From positions 2,720,001 through 2,784,000 of the forward strand of contig OZ251539.1 of assembly GCA_965243135.1 (NCBI GenBank): a stretch of DNA of 64,000 nt, given 5' to 3'. Position numbers and translations under genes: made by a program. The notes under the pieces were generated by a model. That model saw only the letters and a list, made by a program, of their open reading frames with translations. It ran no database searches and was not told the origin of the DNA. Below, one piece after another: positions 41,964 through 52,574 of the stretch (its first letter is position 1; every line of letters starts with the position of its first letter). This DNA is from Alphaproteobacteria bacterium. GTDB taxonomy: Bacteria; Pseudomonadota; Alphaproteobacteria; MPNO01; UBA830.

Positions 41964-43484
41964 ATGACGAAACGCATGCTTCCGATCGGCTTGACCTCCC
42001 TCCGGAAAATCCGGGGAGAGATGGACTGCTACTACGTCGACAAGACGGACCATGTCCGCCGCCTTGTCGAGGGTGGTCAATATTATTTCCTGTCGCGTCC
42101 GCGCCGGTTCGGCAAGACCCTGCTGGTGGACACGCTGCAGGAGCTGTTCGAAGGAAGCGAGGAGCTGTTCCGGGGCCTCGCCGTGCACGGCAAGTGGGAC
42201 TGGTCGACACGCCATCCGGTCGTGCGGATCAGCTTCGGCGGGGGCGATTTCGGCGACCTGGACGGAGTTCGGGAAGAAACGGAATCGCAGCTGAAGGCGG
42301 CGGAGAGGCGGGCCGGCATCGAGCCGGGCAGCGCCAGAGTTTCGGTCCGCTTCCGGGAACTGATCGCGGACCTGCACGAACGCACCGGGCAGCGGGCGGT
42401 GGTTCTGGTGGACGAATACGACAAGCCGATCCTGGACGCGCTCGGCGACCGGGAACTGGCGCGGGCCAACCGGGACTTCCTGCGCAGCCTGTACGGGGTT
42501 ATCAAGGACTGCGACGAACATCTCCGTTTTGTTTTCCTGACGGGGGTGAGCAAGTTATCGGGCCTGTTCTCGGGCCTGAACAACCTGAACGACATCACGC
42601 TGGACGAGCGCTACGGCGCCATCTGCGGCTGCACGGACGCGGAACTGGACGCGGTCTTCGCCCCGGAACTCAAGGGCCTGGACCGGGACGAAATCCGCCG
42701 CTGGTACAACGGCTACAACTGGCTCGGGCCGGAGAGGGTCTACAACCCGTTCGGCCTCCTGCTGCTGTTCGACAAACGCAAGTTCGGCAACTACTGGTTC
42801 CATAGCGGCACGCCGACCTTCCTGGTCGAGACGCTGGCGCGCCGCAACCTGCCCACTCCCCGCCTGGACGGAATGATCGGCAGCGAGAGCCTGCTCTCGG
42901 CCTTCGACGTGGACAGGCTCTCGGTCGAGGCGCTTCTGTTCCAGACCGGCTACCTCACCATCGCCGGCGAAGAGGGCGGGCGCTACCGGTTGGGCTACCC
43001 GAACCTCGAGGTGCGCCAGAGCCTGGGCGAGGCCTTGCTGGAAGAACTGCTCCCGGCCGAGGCCCGCGAGGAGACGGAGAACCTGCGGCTGGGCGAATTG
43101 CTGGCGGCGAACGACTTCAAGCGTCTCGAAACCCTGTTCCGCGGCATTTTCGCCGCCATCCCGCACCAGTGGTACATGAACAGCCCGGTGTACGAGGCCC
43201 ACTACGCGAGCGTCATCCACAGCTGCTTCCTGATGGAGGGCCTCGAGCCGGTGGCCGAGGACAGCGGCAGCCGGGGGCGCGCCGACATGGCGGTCCGCGC
43301 CGGCGGGCGCGTCTACCTGTTCGAGTTCAAGGTGGTGGAGCGCGGACGGGAGGGGACCGCGCTCGCGCAGCTGCGGGAGAAGGGCTACGCGGACAAGTAC
43401 CGCCGTCTCGGGCGTTCGGTCCACCTGGTGGAGTTCAGCCGCGAAGAGCGCAATGTCGTCGGCTTCGATTGCGAGGCCGCCTGA
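41964..43484 (+). CDS. AAA-ATPase-like + PD-(D/E)XK nuclease, copy 2 (open frame)
   Basis: RPRRFGKT Walker A, VDEYD Walker B, C-terminal 'GRADM...YLFEFK...ALAQLREKGYADKY'. Confidence 0.92.
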   Translation: MTKRMLPIGLTSLRKIRGEMDCYYVDKTDHVRRLVEGGQYYFLSRPRRFGKTLLVDTLQELFEGSEELFRGLAVHGKWDWSTRHPVVRISFGGGDFGDLDGVREETESQLKAAERRAGIEPGSARVSVRFRELIADLHERTGQRAVVLVDEYDKPILDALGDRELARANRDFLRSLYGVIKDCDEHLRFVFLTGVSKLSGLFSGLNNLNDITLDERYGAICGCTDAELDAVFAPELKGLDRDEIRRWYNGYNWLGPERVYNPFGLLLLFDKRKFGNYWFHSGTPTFLVETLARRNLPTPRLDGMIGSESLLSAFDVDRLSVEALLFQTGYLTIAGEEGGRYRLGYPNLEVRQSLGEALLEELLPAEAREETENLRLGELLAANDFKRLETLFRGIFAAIPHQWYMNSPVYEAHYASVIHSCFLMEGLEPVAEDSGSRGRADMAVRAGGRVYLFEFKVVERGREGTALAQLREKGYADKYRRLGRSVHLVEFSREERNVVGFDCEAA

Positions 43485-44084
43485 AGCCGGACGAGGTCCC
43501 GTTCGGACATGGCCGCCTCCGCGAAAGAAGCCGCCCGCGACGCGGGTCCGGCCTGCGCTCCGTCGAAGGCGGCAGCCGGTTCGTCGCCTCGCGCGCTTGC
43601 GACTTGACGGGCCGCCCGGCCGACGCCTCGGGGCCGACGGCGTCTCCGGGTTCCGCGCCGCGCCGCAGGGCGAGAGAGCCGGTCGTTCTCGTCGTCGCGG
43701 CGCCCCTCGTCGACGGCCGCGTCGCGCGGCGGCCGCAGGGCAAGGCGGGGGAATTCCCCGGCGGCACCGCCGCCGCCGCGGAACCGCCTACCTTCTGTTC
43801 GGACTCGCGGGCGGGCGGCCGTCTCGCTGCCGCTGGTCACGGCCGCAGTTTCCCGCTACTTCGTTCGTGGGCGCGGACTGGCGGTCGGCCTCGCCGTTTC
43901 GGGCGCGGCGACAGTTTCCGGTCCTGTCGCTTCCGGGCGTCGCCGGCTGACGGGCTTCCTGCCTGGGCGTGGCGGCGCTCTCCCTGTTGGTCGTCCTTTG
44001 TTTCAGGTCGCCGCCGGAAAACCCGCCGGTCGCCCGTGCCGCCGCGGAAACTGCCGGCTGCTTGCCGCGCCAGGGGACGCGCCT

Positions 44085-44250
44085 GCCGGCCTGCCTCCGC
44101 GCGACGTTTCCGCTTCCTGGCGCGCCTCGTCCCGCCGGGCCGTTGCCGGCGGCAAAGCCCCTCGTCCGTCGGTCGCAGCAAAAGGGACGAAGGATCCGGT
44201 GTCCGGTCCCTGAACGAAATTTTTTCGTCCCCCGGGTAGCGAACGCTTAC
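44085..44250 (-). mobile_element. Partial non-autonomous element (A end at 44250)
   Basis: Reverse complement of about 62723-62890. Confidence 0.8.
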
Positions 44251-44257
44251 GTCGCGT

Positions 44258-44509
44258 CTAAAATGATGAGGGATGTCCCGATTGCCGGGAAATCATCACC
44301 ATCCATAATAGAATGTCCCCCAGCAGAGTTTCGCTGGATTCCTGTCCGGTCACTCTCAAATATGAGGCGGCAGCCGTCGATGTCGCTATCCCAATGATCT
44401 GCACTCCGGCATACAGAACCCTACCATATATTCGATTCTTCCTTTCCAACTCCCCATGGATATGACGCGTCAGTTCGGCTTTCTCGCTAAGTTTCTCAAT
44501 TCTCGTCAT
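44258..44509 (-). CDS. Small 2-TM protein downstream of the TRIP13-like ATPase (candidate effector; probably truncated)
   Basis: AAGGAG RBS, two hydrophobic segments, ends next to the element end. Confidence 0.55.
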   Translation of the reverse strand: MTRIEKLSEKAELTRHIHGELERKNRIYGRVLYAGVQIIGIATSTAAASYLRVTGQESSETLLGDILLWMVMISRQSGHPSSF

Positions 44510-44523
44510 TCTATATTCTTCCT

Positions 44524-45396
44524 TTATTTAACCTCGGGCGTTGCTCCAATCTCCTTAGCCGTCTCTTCAAGGATCTCCGGCGTCAATCTCTTATCAGGAT
44601 ACGCTCTGGCGATTGCTTCTGGAAGCCATCGCTGTCGGTAGTCGGAGAACGTGTATCCTACCTCGCCGTTCGCTCCTCCTGAAGCAGTCTTTTCTGCAAG
44701 CCTCTTGATCATTTCTTCGGAAATCTTGGTACCAGAAAGATCTCGACGGAGTAACTCTTCCGCTTCTTGCTTTGTGGGTCGTTCGAACAGCATTAGGCAA
44801 GCAGCTCTTCTGACTATCGCCGCATCCAATACCTTCACCCGATTTGTGCAAAGGAATGCAGCCGCCCGGCCTTTCTTCTCTCTTATCCCGTCCAGACCTT
44901 GAACCAAGAAGTTGACTCCCGCCTTTTCCTCTTGGTGCATTTGCTCCGTATTTCGCTCCGTTGCGATTGCATCAGCCTCGTCTATCAGCAAAAACGCCAA
45001 TCGTTTTTTGCCCGCGTACTCCGCTAAATTGCCGAATGCGGCTCCGATCTGCCGGCTCATATCCCCGTGCAACCCACTGCCTCGAATGTCGCTCCCCACT
45101 TTCAGCAACCTTCCCTCTCGTCCAGTGTCTTGGCTTAGCCGGTTTGCGATACATTCCGCCGTAGTCGTTTTTCCCGTTCCGACATCCCCGCTGAAGATAC
45201 ATAAAGCGTGTCGGTTTTCCGCCCACATGCAGGCGTCAATCACTCGTCCGTAATGTTTCTTGCTCCACGAAGCAACCTCGTCCTTCTCAAGGATCAACCT
45301 TAGTTGTCTAGCTACCTGTTCGTACCTTCTTTCGAATCCAACGAGTCCTGCCGCTTGCTTAGTGAGGATTTCTGTTGGCAGTTCGGTCACCTCCAT
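44524..45396 (-). CDS. TRIP13/Pch2-like AAA+ ATPase (CBASS Cap6-like)
   Basis: 'WSKKHYG', GDVGTGKT, 'RGSGLHGDMS', IDEADAIA, 'QMHQEEKAGVN', CTNR, 'YTFSD'; low GC; HORMA-like tail directly upstream. Confidence 0.85.
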   Translation of the reverse strand: MEVTELPTEILTKQAAGLVGFERRYEQVARQLRLILEKDEVASWSKKHYGRVIDACMWAENRHALCIFSGDVGTGKTTTAECIANRLSQDTGREGRLLKVGSDIRGSGLHGDMSRQIGAAFGNLAEYAGKKRLAFLLIDEADAIATERNTEQMHQEEKAGVNFLVQGLDGIREKKGRAAAFLCTNRVKVLDAAIVRRAACLMLFERPTKQEAEELLRRDLSGTKISEEMIKRLAEKTASGGANGEVGYTFSDYRQRWLPEAIARAYPDKRLTPEILEETAKEIGATPEVK

Positions 45397-45408
45397 TTGT
45401 GCGACTCC

Positions 45409-45477
45409 TTATTCGTAGCTTACTCGTGTAAGCCCATAATCCCCGTAACTAAAGGTTCTCATACCGGTTTCTTTTAG
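45409..45477 (-). pseudogene. C-terminal remnant of a bacterial HORMA protein (continues at 47239-47286 across IS1380)
   Basis: Removing the IS and one TTAG gives ...KWGPSNYSLDYSSLKETGMRTFSYGDYGLTRVSYE*, resembling bacterial HORMA C-termini. Confidence 0.65.
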
Positions 45478-47234
45478 CCCGCATATCTCACCAGAGCGAA
45501 TCAGGGGGCTGGATTCGGGTTACGGGCGCGGTTTTCGGAACGACCGACGAGCCGGAGAAGCGGGGCGCAGTCGGCAAGCAAGGATTTTTCGTGAACGAAA
45601 CGCGAACTTGTGCGGTTGTGGATGATTCCGACGCCGTGGAATCCAGTACCCGAGCATACCTGTCCCGTGGCCGACGTTCCGGCTTTCAAAAAAGGGCTGT
45701 CGAGGCCGCGAGCGGCGTCAGGTCGGGGCCGGCGGCGCAGCCGCCTGCAGGTTCGCCAGGACCCGGGCGAATAGATCCTTCCAGGGCCAGACCGACGAAA
45801 ACGAGAGCAGAACCCTCCGAACCGAGATGCGGATGCAGACGGCGACCTTGAGGAGCTTCGTCCGAATCGTTCCGGCCTGCGCCCTGTCCTCCCCGGTGCC
45901 GGCCAGGCCGACCCTCCGAATCGCCGCCACCAGGTGGCTGGCGAACGTCGCAAAGTCGAGGCGCAACTGGTTCGCCCGCATGGTCGCGGTCGAAGTCCGA
46001 TCGGCGAACAGGTCGAGTTGCTGCTCCTTGATGCGGTTCTCCATTTCGCCGCGCGCGCAGTACAGATCCTCGTAGAGAGCCTGCGCCCCCGCCCGCTTGC
46101 AGCCCAGCGAAGTCACGACGAAGCGGGCGTTGAGGCCGCGAGGACCCGGCAGCCACTCCGCCTTCGCGACCACCCGCCGCGTCCGGCTCCACGACCTTCG
46201 GGTCCGGTACCGGAAGTCGCAGAACCGCCGCGACGACTCGCCGGTCGAGAGGCAACGGCGGCGCGACTTGCGCAACTGCCTGGCGATGCGCTCCGCCAGA
46301 CGGGGGTTGCGGGACAGGCCGAACAGGTAGTCGACCCCGTTGTCTTCGCACCACGTCATGAGTTCGTCGCGGCAAAAGCCGCCGTCGCCGCGAACGACGA
46401 TCCCGGTCTCCGGCCAGCGCTTGCGAATGCGCTCCACAATCCGTGCCAACTCCTCCGCCGTGCCCGCCGCCGGGTCGACGTTCGCAGGCCGCAACCGCGA
46501 ACACAAAATCAGGTCGTCCCACACGATGTAGAGCGGAAGGTAGCAGTATGAGTCGTAGTAGCCGTGGAAGTGACGCCCCTCCTGGTTGCCGTGCACCAGG
46601 TCGTCGGTGGAGTCGACGTCCAGCCAGATCTCTTTCGGCGGCGACGGACAGGCGTCGAGGGACAAGTCGATCTTGAGATCGTCCAGCGCTCCCGGAATGG
46701 CCGTGATCTTCTTGTACCGGTGCGTCTCGGCCTCGCCGGGAACGCCCAACTCGAACCGGTTCAAGGTGCTCGAACCGGCCAACGGAATGCCGCGGTCGCG
46801 CTCCCGAACCCGCTCCTCCCCGGTCAGGTCGGTGCACCCGACGGCCAGCGCCAGCACGCTGTCGGCCCGAAGCTGGTCGTGATCGTTGACGTCCTCGTAA
46901 CCCTGTAAAAGGCCGAACAACCGCTGCGAAACCAGCCGCTGCACCGGGTGCTCGAGGCGTTCCTGGCATCGGTGGTCCTCGAAGCAAGCCGCCATTCGCG
47001 GCGTCAGGTTGAGCAGCGCGTCGGCCTGGCGCAACAGCGTCGCGCCGCCGTCGGTGCTGAGGCGGCCGCCTTCGAAATCGCCGACCACCTTGCGGCTTCC
47101 GAGGCCTTGAAACTCAAGCTGCAACGGTTTACAGTCTGTGGGGTTTCCTTTCGCAGGTCGTGTAGTGGGTTGATTCTTCTATATGTATTGCGAATCGGGG
47201 GCCCCATGCAACCAGTAGTGGTGAGATATCCGGG
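45478..47234 (-). mobile_element. Complete IS1380-family element with TTAG target duplication
   Basis: Inverted ends cccgcatatctcacca / tggtgagatatccggg; TTAG at 45474-45477 and 47235-47238. Confidence 0.92.
45718..47124 (-). CDS. IS1380-family transposase
   Basis: FEGGRLSTDGG, GYEDVND, LDVDSTDD..HGNQEG, RGDGGF, YCARGEMENRIKE. Confidence 0.95.
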   Translation of the reverse strand: MQLEFQGLGSRKVVGDFEGGRLSTDGGATLLRQADALLNLTPRMAACFEDHRCQERLEHPVQRLVSQRLFGLLQGYEDVNDHDQLRADSVLALAVGCTDLTGEERVRERDRGIPLAGSSTLNRFELGVPGEAETHRYKKITAIPGALDDLKIDLSLDACPSPPKEIWLDVDSTDDLVHGNQEGRHFHGYYDSYCYLPLYIVWDDLILCSRLRPANVDPAAGTAEELARIVERIRKRWPETGIVVRGDGGFCRDELMTWCEDNGVDYLFGLSRNPRLAERIARQLRKSRRRCLSTGESSRRFCDFRYRTRRSWSRTRRVVAKAEWLPGPRGLNARFVVTSLGCKRAGAQALYEDLYCARGEMENRIKEQQLDLFADRTSTATMRANQLRLDFATFASHLVAAIRRVGLAGTGEDRAQAGTIRTKLLKVAVCIRISVRRVLLSFSSVWPWKDLFARVLANLQAAAPPAPT

Positions 47235-47296
47235 TTAGGCTGCTGTAATCCAAGCTGTAATTGCTCGGTCCCCATTTATTTTCCCGCTATCAACTC

Positions 47297-48475
47297 CGAT
47301 GGGATGGACGCCCCCTCCCCGGCGGCATCGCGTTGTGCCATAGTGCTGTCGAACCACAACATATGGAGAGAGGACATCCATGGAACAGGTTAGCATAATT
47401 GGCCTGGCGAAGCGGAGTTTCTCGCTTCACGGCGCTCGAGCGGACGGATCCGTTGCGTTTCGCCGGACCCTCGGCCGCCCGAAGGTTCTGGACTTCCTGA
47501 AGCGACAGCCGAAGTGCATCGTGGAGGCTTGCGGCAGCTCGCACTACTGGGGCCGGGAGAAGCTTGGCCACGAGGTCAGGTTGTTGCCACCCGTCAAGCC
47601 GTTCGTCAAGCGTCAGAAGAACGACACGGGCGGACGCCGAAGCCGCACCGACGTCGTCGCCGTGAAGACCGAGGAACAGCAGGGAATGATGTGGCATGCG
47701 CGCAGCCTGTTCGTGCGGCAGCGGACCCAGACGGCACTTCGCGGTCGCGGAGTTCGGTCTCGTGGTTCCCCAAGGCACCGCCAACGTCAGGAAGCTCGAA
47801 GATGCGTTGCTGGCATCGCCTGCCCGACCTGGTACACCGCCGCCGATTTGTTGGAGCGGCAGTCTGAAAAAGAAGATCGACGAGCAAAAGGGCGCTTGCG
47901 AAGGAGGACTCGAAGCGGAGCATTCCCGGGGTCGGTCCCTTGACCGCTTCGGCAGCCTTCGCGCCGGGAGAACTTCCGGTCGGGGCGCGACTTCGCGGCC
48001 TGGCTGGGTCTGACGCCGAGAGAGGACAGCACGGGCGGCAAAGTGAGGCTTGGCCACGGGTCAGCGTGACAGAGCATCGGGTCAGTCGTTCGGTTGGCGA
48101 AACGACGCGGGATGGGCTCGTGGCTGGCGCTTGCGACCAAGCCTCCGAAGCTGGTGACGGCTGGCCAACGGCGCGTATCGCTTGGGCGCTGCTGACGAAG
48201 AGGGAGTTCTACCAGGTGCCGGCAGCGGCTGCCGACTGAGGGTTTCCCGGGATCCGACGGCGCTAGCGCTGGACGTCGGGGGCAAGGACGGAGGGAGAGT
48301 AAGGGCAAATGGTCGCGGGCAAACCAGCTGCACTTCTTGTGTGCTTCGAGCACGCACTTGGACCCGGTCCGCGTATCGCCGTCCGCGGCCACTGAAGTCG
48401 CATCCAGAGACACGAATGTACTTGACGCACCGAGCTTTCCAAAATGCTTGCATCAACGGGGGCGTCCACACACGA
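47297..48475 (+). mobile_element. Degenerate IS110/IS1111-family element
   Basis: 'IGLAKRSFSLHG', 'EACGSSHYW', 'VKPFVKRQKND'; sub-terminal IRs tggacgccccc (47305-47315) / gggggcgtcca (48458-48468); 3' non-coding region. Confidence 0.85.
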
Positions 48476-48647
48476 AGTGCAATACCGACGGTCGGCAATC
48501 CCTGTCGCCAAGGCAGTATGGGTTGGCCGGTGCGTCAAGGTGCCGGGGCGGCGGTCCGCGCGGCGACGAACCGGCGGAACCGACTGCCGCCGCAGGCCGA
48601 ACCCGCGGCGGCGTTCTTTCGCGGAGGCGGCCGTGACGGGAAACCGT

Positions 48648-50180
48648 TCAGGCGGCCTCGCAATCGAACCCGACGACGTTGCGCTCCTCGCGGCTGAACT
48701 CCACCCCGATCAGGTGCACCGAACGCCCGAGATGACGGTATTTGTCCGCATAGCCCTTCTCCCGCAGCTGCGCGAGCGCGGTCCCCTCCCGCCCGCGCTC
48801 CACCACCTTGAACTCGAACAGGTAGACGCGCCCGCCGACGCGGATCGCCATGTCGGCGCGCCCCCGGCTGCCGCTGTCCTCCGCAACCGGCTCGAAGCCC
48901 TCCATCAGGAAGCAACTGTGGATGACGCTCGCGTAGTGGGCCTCGTACTTCGCGACCGGGCTGTTCATGTACCATTGGTGCGGAATGGCGGCGAAAATGC
49001 CGCGGAACAGAGTTTCGAGACGCTCGAAGTCGTTCGCTTCCAGCAGTTCGCCCAACCGCAGGTTCTCCGTCTCCTCGAGGGCCTCGACCGGGAGCAGTTC
49101 TTCCAGCAGGGCCTCGCCCAGGCTCTGGCGCACCTCGAGGTTCGGATAGTCCAGCCGGTAGCGCCCGTTCTCCTCGCCGACGATGGTGAGGTAGCCGGTC
49201 TGGAACAGAAGCGCCTCGACCGAGACCTTGTCCACGTCGAAGGTCGAGAGCAGGCTCTCGCTGCCGGTCATGCCGTCCAGGCGGGGAGTGGGCAGGTTGC
49301 GGCGCGCCAGCGTCTCGACCAGGAAGGTCGGCGTGCCGCTATGGAACCAGTAGTTGCCGAACTTGCGTTTGTCGAACAGCAGCAGAAGGCCGAACGGGTT
49401 GTAGACCCTCTCCGGTCCGAGCCAGTTGTAGCCGTTGTACCAGCGGCGGATTTCGTCCCGGTCCAGGCCCTCCAGTTCCGGGGCGAAGACCGCGTCCAGT
49501 TCCGCGTCCGTGCAGCCGCAAATAGCGCCGTAGCGCTCGTCCAGCGTGATGTCGTTCAGGTTGTTCAGGCCAGAGAACAGACCCGCTTTCGAGAACTTGC
49601 TCACCCCCGTCAGGAAAACGAAACGCAGCTGCCTGTCGCAGGCCACCCCGTACAGGCTGCGCAGGAAGTCGCGGTTGGCCAGCGCCAGGTCCCGGTCGCC
49701 GAGCGCGTCCAGGATCGGCTTGTCGTATTCGTCCACCAGCACGACCGCCCGCCGCCCGGTGCGCTCGTGCAGCGCCTCGATCAATTCGTGGAAACGGACC
49801 GCCGCCCCGGCGGGGCCCGGTTCGAGGCCGGCGCGCCTCTCCGCCGCCGCCAGTTGCCTTTCCACGGTTCCCCGAACCCCGTCCGGGCCGTCGAAGCGGC
49901 CCACGCCGCTGAAATCCAGCCGCACGACCGGGTGGTGCGCTGACCAGTCCCACCTGCCGTGCACGGCGAGGCCCCGGAACAACTCCTCGCTTCCCTCGAA
50001 CAGCTCCTGCAGCGTGTCCACCAGCAGACTCTTGCCGAACCGGCGCGGACGCGACAGGAAATAGTACTTGCCCCTCTCGACGAGGCGGCGCACATGGTCC
50101 GTCTTGTCGACGTAGTAGCAGTCCATCCCCCGGATCTCCCGGAGGGAGGAAAAGCCGATCGGAAGCATGCGTCTCGTCAT
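48648..50180 (-). CDS. AAA-ATPase-like + PD-(D/E)XK nuclease, copy 3 (open frame)
   Basis: Same motifs as copy 2, in inverted orientation. Confidence 0.92.
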   Translation of the reverse strand: MTRRMLPIGFSSLREIRGMDCYYVDKTDHVRRLVERGKYYFLSRPRRFGKSLLVDTLQELFEGSEELFRGLAVHGRWDWSAHHPVVRLDFSGVGRFDGPDGVRGTVERQLAAAERRAGLEPGPAGAAVRFHELIEALHERTGRRAVVLVDEYDKPILDALGDRDLALANRDFLRSLYGVACDRQLRFVFLTGVSKFSKAGLFSGLNNLNDITLDERYGAICGCTDAELDAVFAPELEGLDRDEIRRWYNGYNWLGPERVYNPFGLLLLFDKRKFGNYWFHSGTPTFLVETLARRNLPTPRLDGMTGSESLLSTFDVDKVSVEALLFQTGYLTIVGEENGRYRLDYPNLEVRQSLGEALLEELLPVEALEETENLRLGELLEANDFERLETLFRGIFAAIPHQWYMNSPVAKYEAHYASVIHSCFLMEGFEPVAEDSGSRGRADMAIRVGGRVYLFEFKVVERGREGTALAQLREKGYADKYRHLGRSVHLIGVEFSREERNVVGFDCEAA

Positions 50181-50951
50181 CCGAAGAGGGTAGGCCGCCG
50201 CGCCGGAGCCGTCAAGAAGTCGGCGGCGGCAGGCGCGTCCCCTGGCGCGGCAAGCAGCCGGCAGTTTCCGCGGCGGCACGGCGGGGAAAAGCGCGGAGGC
50301 GAGCGAAGCTGTCGCTCCGCGGAAATCCTGCTCCGCCGAGGCGAGCGCGTTCGACGCGCTCAACGCGCGGCCTGGAGGCCGCGGGCGAACGCCGACGGAA
50401 GACGCCGCCGCCAAAGGCGACGCGCGTCGACAACGACGTCAACGCCGGATTCGCGAGCCTCGACGGCAAGGTCGACGCCCTCGCCGCGGAAACCGGGGCC
50501 GACGCAACGCGACGGCAAGCGCCCTCGCCAGGGAAAGCCGCGCGCCGACGATTGCCGCGGCAGGCCTCGCACCTGCAGCTGGTTCGGCGCCGGAGGCGCG
50601 CGACGACATGCGCCGCAAGCGGCGAGACGCCTGAACGTCAGGCAGCGGTTCCGTCGAACGAGAGCGTCGTCCGGTCGAGCGAGCGGACTTCCGCCGCCGA
50701 AAACCATAGCTCGTTCGAAGCCATCAACCGAAGCGGCTCGCGAAACCGGAAACGGTGGCGGCGGGCGTTGGCCTCCGTTTTTGAACTCGCCCGCCTGACC
50801 TCTCCGCCACATGAAAACGGTCGGTCAGCCACCACGCGCGTTGCGCTTCAAACTTGAAGGGGCGAAGAGCTTTTACTCGGAGAATAAATCCGCCGTGCGC
50901 GCACTCGACGCTCTCCTTGACGGTTCCGGCATGGCGGCCTACCCTCTTCGG

Positions 50952-52491
50952 ATGACGAGACGCATGCTTCCGACCGGCTTGACCTCCCTCCGGGAGATCC
51001 GGGAGCTGGACTGCTACTACGTCGACAAGACGGACCATGTGCGCCGCCTCGTCGAGAGGGGCAAGTACAATTTCCTGTCGCGTCCGCGCCGGTTCGGCAA
51101 GAGCCTGCTGGTGGACACGCTGCAGGAGTTGTTCGAGGGAAGCGAGGAGCTGTTCCGGGGCCTCGCCGTGCACGACAAGTGGGACTGGTCGGCGCGCCAT
51201 CCGGTCGTGCGGATCAGTTTCGGTTCCGGCAAGCTCGACGCCCCCGACCGGCTGCACAGGAACGCGATGATGCAGCTCGACGCCGCCGAAAAGCGCGCCG
51301 GCGTCCAATGCGGCTACCCGGACGCCTCCGACCGCCTTCACCATTTGATCTCCGAACTGCACGAGCGCGCCGGGCGGCGCGTGGTCGTTCTGGTGGACGA
51401 GTACGACAAGCCGATCCTGGACGCGCTCGGCGACCGGGAACGGGCGCTGGCCAACCGCGACTTCCTGCGCGGCTTCTACAGCGTCGTCAAGGACTGCGAC
51501 GCGCATATCCGGTTCGCCTTCCTTACCGGCGTGAGCAAGTTCTCGCAGGCGGGCCTGTTCTCGGGCCTGAACAACCTGCGCGACATCACCCTCGATCCGC
51601 GTTTCGGCGCCATCTGCGGCTACACGGACGGCGAGCTGGACGCGGTCTTCGCCCCGGAACTCGACGGCCTGGACCGGGAGAAGGTCCGGCGCTGGTACAA
51701 CGGCTACAACTGGCGCGGGCCGGAGAGGGTCTACAACCCGTTCGACATTCTCCTTCTCTTCGAAACGCGCGAGTTCGAGGCGCACTGGTTCCGGACCGGC
51801 ACGCCGACCTTCCTCGCCGACCTTCTGTCGCGGCGCCGGTTCGCGCCGCCGGCCCTGGAGGATCTGGTTGCGGACGACGACCTGCTGTCGGCCATCGACG
51901 TCGACCGCATTCCCGTCGAGGCGCTGCTGTTCCAGACCGGCTACCTGACCATCGTCGACGAGGAGCGGGACGAGGACACGCGCCTCTACCGGCTGGACTA
52001 CCCGAACCAGGAGGTGAAGCGCAGCCTGAACGCGCTCCTGCTGAAGGCGATGGCGCCGGAGGTCACGGTCGCGGCGGAGAGCCGGGAGTTGCGCCGCCTG
52101 GGCGAACGACTTCGCCGGCCTTGAGAATCTGTTCCGGGCGTTCCTGGCGAGCATCCCGAACGAGTGGTACGCGAACACGGGCATGGCGGGCTACGAGGCG
52201 CACTACGCCAGCGTGTTCTACTCGCACTTCGTGGCGGCGGGGATGGACGTCCGCGCCGAGGAGAGCACCGCGCGCGGCCGCTCGGACCTGACGCTCCTGT
52301 ACAACGGCAGCGTCTACCTGTTCGAGTTCAAGGTCGCGGACGGGAAGCCGCAAGGCCGGGCGCTGGCGCAGATTCGGGAGCGCGGCTACGCGGACAAGTA
52401 CCGGCGTCCGGGCGTGCCGGTCCACCTGATCGGGGTGGAGTTCGGCCGGGAGGAGCGCAACATCGTCGGGTTCGAGTTCGAGACCGTCTGA
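50952..52491 (+). pseudogene. AAA-ATPase-like + PD-(D/E)XK nuclease, copy 4 (frameshift near 52110)
   Basis: AAA part ends at 52124; nuclease part 'YEAHYASVFY...GRSDL...YLFEFK' is in another frame. Confidence 0.9.
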
Positions 52492-52574
52492 AGCCGGGAG
52501 CCGTCCCGTTCGGACGCAGGCGGGCGTCTCCGCAAAAGGCGCCGGGCGGCCACGCCGGCCACGCACCGAGCCTG

